The position numbers were made by a program, and so were the translations under genes. Below, piece after piece: positions 28,526 through 37,075 of a DNA stretch of 64,000 nucleotides (positions are counted from its first letter, which is position 1; every line of letters begins with the position of its first letter). The notes beneath the pieces were generated by a model. That model was not told the DNA's origin. It saw only the letters and a list, made by a program, of their open reading frames with translations, and made no database searches. Origin of the DNA: an uncultured Chloroflexia bacterium (GTDB lineage Bacteria; Chloroflexota; Anaerolineae; Anaerolineales; UBA4823); assembly GCA_963849335.1 (NCBI GenBank), contig CAWKGZ010000012.1:336542-400541 (forward strand), read 5' to 3'.

Positions 28526-30566
28526 TTACTCGCCGCAGCTCGCGCCGTAGTCAAACTCTTCGATGTTCCACATTTCGCTGTTGGCGGTCGGGTCCATGAA
28601 GAAGTTGCACATGTCGGGCCGGGTCGCAGCCAGTTTCAGGCGCAGGTACAGCGGGACGATGGGCAGTTCTTCACTGAAGATCTGCTGAGCCAACAGGTGG
28701 TTGGCATCGTAGGATTCCTGACCAGGCAGGGACTGAATAGCGCCCAAGCAGGCAGCATCATACTCTGGGTTGGAGTAACCCGAGTTGTTCTGCCCACCCC
28801 AACCAGACGGGTAGGTAGCAGTTCCGTCTTCATTCGTCAGGGTCGGGTCGCCGGGGATCTGGGAGGTGATGAACAGATCGCAGGCAGGCTGAACGCCGGT
28901 CAACCAGGCGAACTGGCCGAGGTCGTACTTGCGGCCGAAGAGCTTGCCATCGGGGCCGTCAGCAAACCACTCGGAAGCCGGGTAGTAGCCCAGGTCCATC
29001 TGGATACCGCAGGCCAGGGCCGAATTCGGCCATGATCTGGGTCGCCTGCATACGCTGGGTAGCGGAGGTGGTCTCATAGTAGAACTGCAGCGGGGTGCCA
29101 TCGGGCACGCCTTCCACACCGGTGGAAACACGCGGGGTGGCAGGATCGCCATCCGCATCCAGCCAGCCGATCTCGTCTAACAGAGTGCCAGCCGCGGCAG
29201 GATCATACGGCCAGCTCACGTTCTCTGGGTTGAAGAGCGGGTGTTCGGGCGGGATGTAGGTATCGATGGTGATGGACTGGCCATAGAACACGGTGTCAAC
29301 CACAGCCTGGCGGTCCATGCACATGGCGACAGCCTGGCGTAAGCGGATATCACCGAAGGGGCCAACGCCGTTGCCATCGGTATCCAGACCAGCGAAGCCA
29401 TCATAGCCGGTTTCGACGGGGCGGATGTTGAAGTCAGCGTGCTCGTAGGTGGTGCCGGTGATGAAGGTGGCGTTGATCTGGCCGGCTGCCTGAAGCTCAA
29501 GCAGCAGTTCGGACTGGTCTTCCAGACCGGTGGTCTGGTCAACGATGTCGCACTCGCCAGCCAGGATGCCGGCGATGGCAGAGTTGGAGTTCTCATTTCC
29601 GAAGCGATAGACCAGGGTTTCGAATTTCGGCAGGCCTTCGCTGGCGCGGAAGTAGTTCGGGTTCTTGGTCATGGTGATGTGATCACCCTTGACCCACTCG
29701 GTCATCACATACGGACCCCAACCAAGCCACAGGCTCTGGGCATCAACTTCGGTGACCAGGTCGGCCGGGCTGTACTGACCCCACAGGTGCTCGGGGTAGG
29801 GAGTCCAGGTGTTGAGGAAGTAGGTTGCATCCTTGTAGCCGGGGAGGCCGGTCCATACGGTGGTCAGCTCATCCGGGGCTTCGTAGGCCGCGGTGTGCTC
29901 GACCAGGTACTTCCCGATGGGGGTATCAGGATCGGCATTCAGGACGAAGGAATACAACTGGTCCGCAGAGGTGAGCGGGGTGCCATCCGACCAGGTCAGG
30001 CCGGGCAGCAGCTGGAAGGTAACAGCCATCTGATCCATCTGCAGGGCAGCGGTGCCGTCCCAGGTGATGGCGCAATCAGGGGCATTGCAGCCGGCGGGGC
30101 GGACAACCATGTCGGCTGCCAGGGCGCCCACGTTGCCGGCGTCATCGACGACCAAGTCGCCAGCGACCACGTCGACAACATTGATGACGGCATCGCCATC
30201 AGCCAGGCTGGGGAGCTTCGCCAGGATGATGGGTTGGTACGCGAAGGTGCGAGCGTCAACTGGTCCATCATAGAGCGCTTCGAGGACATGGCTCATAGCC
30301 AGCATCGAGCCGCCGTAAGGATACAGTGTGTCGGGCTGCTGACCCTGGCAGATCACCAGAGTGCGGGGCTCAACCACTACCGGTTCGGGGGTGGCGGTTA
30401 CAACAACTTCTTCGATGATGGTCTCGCCCTCGGTAATGACTTCCTGGGTGACGACGACAGTCTTGATAATTTCCACGGTCTCGCCATTGCAGGCGGCCAG
30501 CGCCAGAGCTGCCACGAGCACGAAGAGGGCCAACAAAATTGATTTACGGGACATTTTCTCCTCCAA
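28526..30566 (-). pseudogene. family-5 (Opp/Dpp-type) peptide-binding lipoprotein, apparent frameshift near 29020
   Basis: Lipobox LALAAC. The fragment 28959..30566 ends ...ATQIMAEF. The other frame continues ALACGIQMDLGYYPASEW..., colinear with the paralog's WLAACGIQANL segment (30893..32836). Confidence 0.85.
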
Positions 30567-30768
30567 AGAGAATTTTATGTTTTGGATTTGGTATTGCTTG
30601 GTTTTGATCTAATCTAGCGTTCATAGGCTTGTCTAATTATCCGGCAATCACCACCTTTCAAAGTTTCTTTCTTAGCAGTCTATTATTATATCGGGACTCT
30701 CAGAATTTGTTAACCTCTAAACTATACTAAGAATCCCTTCTTTGGTCAACCCCTACCCGATTTCCGAT

Positions 30769-30866
30769 GTCATTGCGAGACCGGCGTTCGTTGCCGGTTG
30801 AAGCAATCTTCGTACAAGGCAGGCGGGGGATTGCTTCGCTCGCAGAAAACGCTCGCTCGCAATGAC
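30769..30866. repeat. nested palindromic (REP-like) element between the two binding-protein genes
   Basis: Outer arms GTCATTGCGAG (30769-30779) / CTCGCAATGAC (30856-30866). Inner arms GAAGCAATC (30800-30808) / GATTGCTTC (30829-30837). There is also a local hairpin CCGGCgttcgttGCCGG. Confidence 0.5.
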
Positions 30867-30892
30867 CACCATCATAATGTGGGGCGGTTTTC

Positions 30893-32836
30893 CTAGCCGC
30901 CCAAACAGCCTTCACCAACATCCACCTGCTCCAGATCGGCCAACAAACCGTCGGCCAGGGGAGCAGGACGCATGCCACACAAATCCGGCCGGGTGACGAG
31001 CAGGCGAAAATGCCAGTAGAGCGGAAGCGCGGGCAGGTCTTCAGCAAAAAGAGCCTGCGCCTGGGCATGCGCCTGGGCGTGCAAGGGCTGATCCGCCAGC
31101 GAGTACAATGCATCGGTGCAGGCCTGGTCATAGGCTGCACTGCTGTACCCGGCGGCGTTCATCCCGCCCCAACCGAGGGGAAAGTCCGGGTAAAGTCCCG
31201 GGATTTCATTTGTAATGTACAAATCACACGGCGGTTCGACCGCCGCAGCCCAGCCAAACTGGGCCAGGTCAAACTGGCGACCGAAGACCGGGCCTTCGGG
31301 ACCGGCAGCCAGGGTGATCTGCGGGTCCTGCGGCACCAGGTTCGCCTGGATGCCGCACGCCGCCAACCAGCCCTGGACACGCTGCGCCGCGGATTGGGAC
31401 TGCGCATCCGGGGAGACCAGGTAATCCACCACAAAGGCGGTTCCATCGGGCACACCCGCCACACCCTGAGAGGTGCGCGGGGTAGCCGGATTGCCATCCA
31501 GGTCAAGCCAGCCGGCGGCCTGCAGGCGGTCGGCCGCGGCCTGCGGGTCATACGGGTACTGCGCTGCCTCCGGGTTGTACAGTGGATGGTCCGGCGGCAC
31601 ATAGCTCTCCGCCACCACCATCTGCCCACCCGAAAGCGACTGAGCCAGCGCTGGGCGATCAATGCACTGGGCAACCGCCCGGCGCACTTCCGACAGCCCA
31701 AAGTAATCAGGGCGGTCTGATTCCAGCGAAGTAATGCCAAAAGCCAGCACATCCCAGGCTGCTGCGGTCTGGGTAACCAGCGCCAGACGGCCTTGTGACT
31801 GCAGCTCGGTCAATAGATCCACCTGGCTCTCCAGCATAGCGGACTGGTCGATCAGGTCACACTCACCGGCTAACAGCGCCGTAAGCGCCTCTTCGCCGCT
31901 GTCCACAATGCGGTAGACCAGGGTATCAAAATGCGGCAGCCCTTCAGCAGCCCGGAAATAGAACGGGTTGCGCTGCAGGGTGATATGATCGCCCGCTACC
32001 CACTCCTGAATGCTGTAGGCACCCCACCCCAACGGCTGGCGGGAGGCCAGCTCGGCGGCTGGCAGCTCCTGGGGGCTCAACCCACCCCAGGCATGCTGGG
32101 GCAGCGGCAGGTAGAAGCGTGCCTGGTACAGTCCGTCCTGGTCACCGGGCACGCCGGTCCACTCCACGGTGCGCTCATCCACAGCCCGGTAGGACTGCGT
32201 GCGCAGCACCCGCTCGGGCCAGGCAGCCGGATACAGGCTGCGGGCGACCTCATATGAGTAGACCGAGTCCGCCGCAGTCAGCGGGGCACCGTCGGACCAC
32301 TGCAGACCTGCTAACAGGCGAAAACGCAGCACCAACTGGTCCACCTGCACCGGCTGGTCGCCGGTGTAAGCCTGGGCACAGACCTGTTCCACGCAGCCGC
32401 TGGGGCGGTAAAAGACACCCTCTGCCAGGGCGCCCAGCTGCCCGTCCGCATCGACCAAGTAATCACCCGGGGCAACCGGCACCGGCTGGAGCAGGGCGTC
32501 CCCATCTGCCAGGGCGGGCATTTTTTCCAAAATGACCGCTTGGACGGTGAAAGTGCGCGTCTTAAAAGGGCCGTCATAGATAGCCGCCAGCACGCTCCGC
32601 TCTGCGGTGGAGACAGCATCATAATAGAAGAGCGAACACGGTTCCTGCGCCAGGCAGATCGTAAGCAGGCGTGGTGCTTCAGGCAGCGGGGTGGCAGTCG
32701 ATTCCGGGGGCAGTACGGTGGCGAGCGGGGTGGCAGCGGGGCTTTGACCGGTCGGTTCTGGGGACACGTCCGCGCCCTGCCCGCAGGCAGCCAGTGTTGC
32801 CAGCAGCAGAAGCACAGCTAATTTATTAAGGTGCAT
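30893..32836 (-). CDS. family-5 (Opp/Dpp-type) peptide-binding lipoprotein, paralog
   Basis: Lipobox LLATLAACG. 647 aa, colinear with the downstream paralog (WSDG, NPFYFRA, DGNPATPR, LPALPLY segments). Confidence 0.85.
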   Translation of the reverse strand: MHLNKLAVLLLLATLAACGQGADVSPEPTGQSPAATPLATVLPPESTATPLPEAPRLLTICLAQEPCSLFYYDAVSTAERSVLAAIYDGPFKTRTFTVQAVILEKMPALADGDALLQPVPVAPGDYLVDADGQLGALAEGVFYRPSGCVEQVCAQAYTGDQPVQVDQLVLRFRLLAGLQWSDGAPLTAADSVYSYEVARSLYPAAWPERVLRTQSYRAVDERTVEWTGVPGDQDGLYQARFYLPLPQHAWGGLSPQELPAAELASRQPLGWGAYSIQEWVAGDHITLQRNPFYFRAAEGLPHFDTLVYRIVDSGEEALTALLAGECDLIDQSAMLESQVDLLTELQSQGRLALVTQTAAAWDVLAFGITSLESDRPDYFGLSEVRRAVAQCIDRPALAQSLSGGQMVVAESYVPPDHPLYNPEAAQYPYDPQAAADRLQAAGWLDLDGNPATPRTSQGVAGVPDGTAFVVDYLVSPDAQSQSAAQRVQGWLAACGIQANLVPQDPQITLAAGPEGPVFGRQFDLAQFGWAAAVEPPCDLYITNEIPGLYPDFPLGWGGMNAAGYSSAAYDQACTDALYSLADQPLHAQAHAQAQALFAEDLPALPLYWHFRLLVTRPDLCGMRPAPLADGLLADLEQVDVGEGCLGG

Positions 32837-32837
32837 A

Positions 32838-33098
32838 TCAGATCAAACGCGTCTGCAACCCTGACTGAAAAGAATGCTCGCTGATCCAGAGAAACAGGGT
32901 TTGCGACCAATCATCAGAACTGGAAACCTGATGATGATTGAATTGAGGGTGGGGGAAAAGGGGAAGTTTCTGAGAGGTTCCTGGTGCTTGATGAGCCGCA
33001 TCCCAAAGCAGGCGCGCCCGAGCGTTGGCCGGCGGGCGGTACTGTCCCAGCCAGCTCTTCAGTATTTGACCAATCAAAAAATCGGATGATCTGTTCAT
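32838..33098 (-). CDS. hypothetical protein (position suggests a possible sigma-factor partner)
   Basis: 86-aa ORF between the ECF sigma gene and the first binding-protein gene, whose start lies 2 nt downstream. No recognisable motif and no TM helix. Confidence 0.3.
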   Translation of the reverse strand: MNRSSDFLIGQILKSWLGQYRPPANARARLLWDAAHQAPGTSQKLPLFPHPQFNHHQVSSSDDWSQTLFLWISEHSFQSGLQTRLI

Positions 33099-33154
33099 AA
33101 TATCACCGCTCTCTACCCCGGCTGGAACGATCCCAGCCTATCCCTGCCGATAAG

Positions 33155-33760
33155 CTACGTAAATTCGTACTGCAGCTCAGGCAGTAGCTCACCTTCCAGG
33201 AAGCCCAGGGATTTCTTCAGCGCCTGCCGCCCATAATGCAGGCGGGATTTGACGGTGCCCACGGGGATTTCCAGGATTTCCGAGATCTCCTGTAAGGAAA
33301 GGTCATTAACATAATAGAGAACCACCACGCCCCGGTGTGAGAGGGGCAGTGACAGGACAGCTTGCTGGACATACTGCCAGGATTTATCGGTTTCAGCCTG
33401 GTAGGCTGGCAGGTCTTTCCTGGCTCCACTCAGCCATTCAGCCATGTCCTCCAGCGGGCGCAGCCAGCGCCGGCGCCGTTTGATCCAGGTGTAAGCCTGG
33501 TTGGTGGTCATGCGATACAACCAGGGTTCCAGCGGGCGCTGGGAGTCGATGTGGGCAGCAAAGCGGTGCAGCCGCAGGAAAACATCGTGCAGCAAGTCTG
33601 CCGCGGCCTCAACGTCACCGGTGATAGCCAGCGCGGTGCGGTACACCAAGTTGCGATGGCGGTCATACAGCACCCCCAATGCTTCCAGGCTGCCAGATTG
33701 CAAGCGGCAAACCAACTCAGCATCGGTGCAGGAGTCTACAGGGCTTACACTTGTTATCAT
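33155..33760 (-). CDS. ECF-type RNA polymerase sigma-70 family factor
   Basis: Region 2 (LYDRHRNLVYRTALAITGDVEAAADLLHDVFLRL) and region 4 (LSLQEISEILEIPVGTVKSRLHYGRQALK). Start set at the ATG at 33760. Confidence 0.85.
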   Translation of the reverse strand: MITSVSPVDSCTDAELVCRLQSGSLEALGVLYDRHRNLVYRTALAITGDVEAAADLLHDVFLRLHRFAAHIDSQRPLEPWLYRMTTNQAYTWIKRRRRWLRPLEDMAEWLSGARKDLPAYQAETDKSWQYVQQAVLSLPLSHRGVVVLYYVNDLSLQEISEILEIPVGTVKSRLHYGRQALKKSLGFLEGELLPELQYEFT

Positions 33761-33967
33761 ACCAGCTTCCCTATCTCTATTACGCACAGTGCTCTCGAAA
33801 GGTTCAAAGATAGAAAGCAGTTAAACCAACACTCAGGTCAGCAGCCTTTTACTGACCTGTGTTCTGATCTACCTGTCTCTTGCAGACATGATTATTCTAT
33901 TCACCAAATGAATTATACCCGTCCCACCCATTCCGAACAATGCCAATTGTAATATTGCAATGATAAT

Positions 33968-34873
33968 TCAATCATCTTCCATTTGCCCCAGGCGCATGCG
34001 GGCGTACGAGGCGTAGCGTTCCGGGTGCACCCATCCCTGCTCAACCGCCGCCAGCACAGCGCAGCCGGGCTCGTGCAGGTGGGTGCAGTCACTGAACTGG
34101 CACTCTGCTACCAGCGACCTCAACTCGGGGAAATAGCCATCCAGCTCCTCGGGCTGGATGTCCCACAGCGCCAGAGCTTTCAAGCCAGGGGTGTCGGCAA
34201 CATAGCCGCCGTCCTGGAGAGCGAAAAGCTGGCGCACCACGGTGGTATGCTTGCCTTTCTCGGTCATCTGGCTGACCTCCCGCACGGTAATGCCCAGACC
34301 GGGCTGAATAGCATTGAGCAGGCTGGACTTGCCCACCCCGGAAGGGCCGGCAAACACCGAAAGCTTGCCTGCCAGACGCTGGCGCAACTCTTCCACGCCC
34401 TCCCCGCGGCGGGCAGAGGCATACACCAGCGGGTATCCCAGGGCAGCATAGCGTTCGAACAGCGCCTGGGCCTGAACCGCGGTCAAGAGATCAGTTTTAT
34501 TGGCCACGATCAAGACGGGGATACCCTGCTTTTCAGCAATGACCAGGAAGCGATCGAGCATACCCAGATGCGGCTGCGGGCGGGCGCAGGAAAATACCAG
34601 CACCGCCTGGTCAGGGTTGGCAATGATGATCTGCTGGTATACGCCGTGCGGGGTGGGCGCCAGGCGAATAAGCATGCGCTGGCGCTCCTCGATTGCCTCG
34701 ATCGACCCCTGACCATCGGGCAGCGGGCTGACCTGCACCCAATCACCCACCGCCACCAGGTCACCCAGGCGGGGGCCTCTTTTCAGCCGCCCCCGCAGCT
34801 GGCAGACCAGGGTGTCGGTATCCGTTTGCACGGTGTAGAAGCCGGATTGGGTGCGGATTATTAAGCCGCGCAT
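33968..34873 (-). CDS. rsgA: ribosome small-subunit-dependent GTPase A
   Basis: OB-fold N-terminus (GLIIRTQSGFYTV), circularly permuted GTPase motifs (ANKTDLL ... GPSGVGKSSLLN), zinc knuckle (FSDCTHLHEPGCAV). Confidence 0.9.
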   Translation of the reverse strand: MRGLIIRTQSGFYTVQTDTDTLVCQLRGRLKRGPRLGDLVAVGDWVQVSPLPDGQGSIEAIEERQRMLIRLAPTPHGVYQQIIIANPDQAVLVFSCARPQPHLGMLDRFLVIAEKQGIPVLIVANKTDLLTAVQAQALFERYAALGYPLVYASARRGEGVEELRQRLAGKLSVFAGPSGVGKSSLLNAIQPGLGITVREVSQMTEKGKHTTVVRQLFALQDGGYVADTPGLKALALWDIQPEELDGYFPELRSLVAECQFSDCTHLHEPGCAVLAAVEQGWVHPERYASYARMRLGQMEDD

Positions 34874-34903
34874 TTATCCACCTTCGGGCCAATTGTAGAT
34901 TCC

Positions 34904-34970
34904 GTAGGTTGGGTTGAGGGCGTTACCGCCACGGGCATCTGCCATCATATCTCCAAGCCCGAAACCCAAC
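34904..34970. repeat. left REP-like inverted-repeat pair flanking the RAYT gene
   Basis: GTAGGTTGGGTTGAGGGC (34904-34921) is the exact reverse complement of the sequence reconstituted at 35588-35597 plus 37057-37064. AGCCCGAAACCCAAC (34956-34970) is the exact reverse complement of 35541-35555. Confidence 0.7.
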
Positions 34971-34974
34971 GTTT

Positions 34975-35514
34975 TTACTCCATCCATTGCTCACCTGCCC
35001 AAGTTTTTCCATCACTTCCCCAATCCTCTGGATATGCCCCTTCTCGAACATATTTTGTAAAGCTAGAATATTTCCATTCCGCGGCTGATCTCGCCAGCCC
35101 ATGTTTTACCGGATTGTAATGAATGTATTCAATATGCCTGGTAAGATCAGCCTCGTCGCGAATCAGATGCTCCCAATATCGTCGCTGCCAGATATCCGCT
35201 TCGCCTTTTTCTCGGCGCGATGCATTTACACTGAGCGTTCCTTTGGTTTGCCAATGCCGGGTGAAGTGGCTTTTGATCAATCGCCACCGGGTTGAATAAT
35301 CGCTGTCATCCTGAGGCAAAGCCCAGATGGAATGGATATGTTCCGGTAAAATGACAATGGCAACGATCGTGAAGGGCATCCTACTCAACATATATTGAAA
35401 AGCATTCCTAAGGGTATCAACCGCGTCTGGTGAAGAAAATATCGGGCGGCGTTGAAAGGTTACAAGCGTGAAGAAATATGTTCCTCCAGGGATATATGTA
35501 CGACGATATTCCAT
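34975..35514 (-). CDS. REP-associated tyrosine transposase (RAYT, IS200/IS605-like Y1 HUH enzyme)
   Basis: YIPGGTYFFT, LPEHIHSIW (HUH) and YIHYNPVKHGL (catalytic Tyr) motifs. Start set at MEYRR (35514). Flanked by inverted REP-like sequences. Confidence 0.8.
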   Translation of the reverse strand: MEYRRTYIPGGTYFFTLVTFQRRPIFSSPDAVDTLRNAFQYMLSRMPFTIVAIVILPEHIHSIWALPQDDSDYSTRWRLIKSHFTRHWQTKGTLSVNASRREKGEADIWQRRYWEHLIRDEADLTRHIEYIHYNPVKHGLARSAAEWKYSSFTKYVREGAYPEDWGSDGKTWAGEQWME

Positions 35515-35597
35515 AAGAGGATTATAGCACCACTGTGAATGTTGGGTTTCGGGCTGGGTTTTATGAGGCACATACTCAATAAGCACCGCCCTCAACC

Positions 35598-37047
35598 CTC
35601 ATCTTTTATCGCAACTTTGTTCTAGATAGGCTAAACTTGAGCAGGAAGGAGAGAAGGAAATGGAACAAAGTGCGGAAGGGTTTGCAGAGCAGGCATGGGG
35701 TAAAGTAGAATTAGGTGACCGGAGGTTGACGAGGCGAGCGGTGAAGCTGGGGGCATGCATGGCGCGTAACCCTGAAGCATCGTTGCCCAGGCAAGTAAAG
35801 GATGCCAGCGCTTTGGAAGGGGCGTACCGTTTGTTGAATAACACTTGGGTAACACTCGAGAAACTACTAGCTCCCAGCTATGCGCAGACGCGTGCAGCAG
35901 CGGAAAAGATGGAAGTGGTTTTGTGGGTGAATGACCTGACCGAGTTGGATTACACTTTTCACAAGCGTGTGGAAGGGTTGGGGCCTATCGGAGATGGCAG
36001 GGGGCGCGGGCTGCTGATGCATACGACGATCGCAGTGGGGCCTGGGGAACGCGATGTTCTTGGGTTAGGGCAAGTGAAGGTATTTTTACGCGAACCCACG
36101 CCTGTACCCAAGCCAAAATGGACCCGTTCGATGGAGGGGCGGGTGTGGGAGATGGCAGCCGAGGAGATTGGGAGTGCGCCGGAGGGGGTTACGTGGGTGG
36201 AAGTATCGGATGCGGGCAGCAACTTTTTCCCCTATTGGGCCACCTGCCGGGCGCACAACAAGCATTTTTTGATTCGGGTTGCGCAAAACCGCTGGGTGCG
36301 AGAGCAAGAAGAAGATGTCGCCCACAAACTGATCGATTATGCCCGTTGGCTGCCCGCAGTAGCAGGCAGTGAACATACCATCTCGATCCCGGCCAGGAAA
36401 AACCAGGCTGCGCGCCTGGCGGAGGTTCAGATGGCCTGGGCCGGGGTGCAGGTCGCCTCTTCTTCGCAAGCGTCACCCGCGGAACGTGCACTGCCAGCCT
36501 TTTCCGCCTGGGTTCTGCGAGTTTGGGAACCCAATCCTCCCAAGGGCGTGGAGGGCCTTGAGTGGATCTTGCTCTCCTCACTGCCAGTGACCAATCTGGC
36601 AGAAGCATATGAACGCACGCAATGGTACTCATGTCGCTGGATATGTGAGGACTTTCATCAGTGTCTCAAGACTGGCTGCCAGATCGAACGTTCGCAGCTA
36701 GATGAGCGCACGGACTTGGAGGCACTGCTTGGCTTTGCGGCGCCAATTGCCCTCCGCTTGCTGCAAATGCGTCAGGCAGCCCGAGAGCATTCCGATGTGC
36801 CGGCAAGCACCGTTGTCGATCCCCTGATGGTCGAAGTGTTGGCTCAACGGTTGCAAGTGAGTGAGAAAACGATGACCATGCATGAATTTTGGCGTTTGGT
36901 CGCTCGCCTGGGTGGTTTTTTAGGTCGCAAAGGCGATCTAGATCCTGGATGGCGCACTGTTTGGTGGGGTTGGCGCTACCTGTCGGACTTGACAGATGGC
37001 GCCCGCTTGATCTTGAACAATAGAACATAGTTGCGATAAAAGATGAG
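35598..37047 (+). mobile_element. IS4-family (IS50/Tn5-transposase-like) insertion sequence, 1450 bp, apparently intact
   Basis: Perfect 18-bp terminal inverted repeats CTCATCTTTTATCGCAAC (35598-35615) / GTTGCGATAAAAGATGAG (37030-37047). 9-bp direct target duplication CCCTCAACC (35589-35597 and 37048-37056). A single transposase ORF fills the element. Confidence 0.9.
35660..37030 (+). CDS. IS4-family DDE transposase (Tn5 Tnp-like)
   Basis: N-terminus ELGDRRLTRRAVKLG...EGAYRLLNN and C-terminal YSCRWICEDFHQCLKTGCQIE are colinear with the Tn5 transposase segments LGDPRRTARLV...EGAYRF and YTHRWRIEEFHKAWKTGAGAE. Confidence 0.9.
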   Translation: MEQSAEGFAEQAWGKVELGDRRLTRRAVKLGACMARNPEASLPRQVKDASALEGAYRLLNNTWVTLEKLLAPSYAQTRAAAEKMEVVLWVNDLTELDYTFHKRVEGLGPIGDGRGRGLLMHTTIAVGPGERDVLGLGQVKVFLREPTPVPKPKWTRSMEGRVWEMAAEEIGSAPEGVTWVEVSDAGSNFFPYWATCRAHNKHFLIRVAQNRWVREQEEDVAHKLIDYARWLPAVAGSEHTISIPARKNQAARLAEVQMAWAGVQVASSSQASPAERALPAFSAWVLRVWEPNPPKGVEGLEWILLSSLPVTNLAEAYERTQWYSCRWICEDFHQCLKTGCQIERSQLDERTDLEALLGFAAPIALRLLQMRQAAREHSDVPASTVVDPLMVEVLAQRLQVSEKTMTMHEFWRLVARLGGFLGRKGDLDPGWRTVWWGWRYLSDLTDGARLILNNRT

Positions 37048-37075
37048 CCCTCAACCCAACCTACCCCTACTATAG

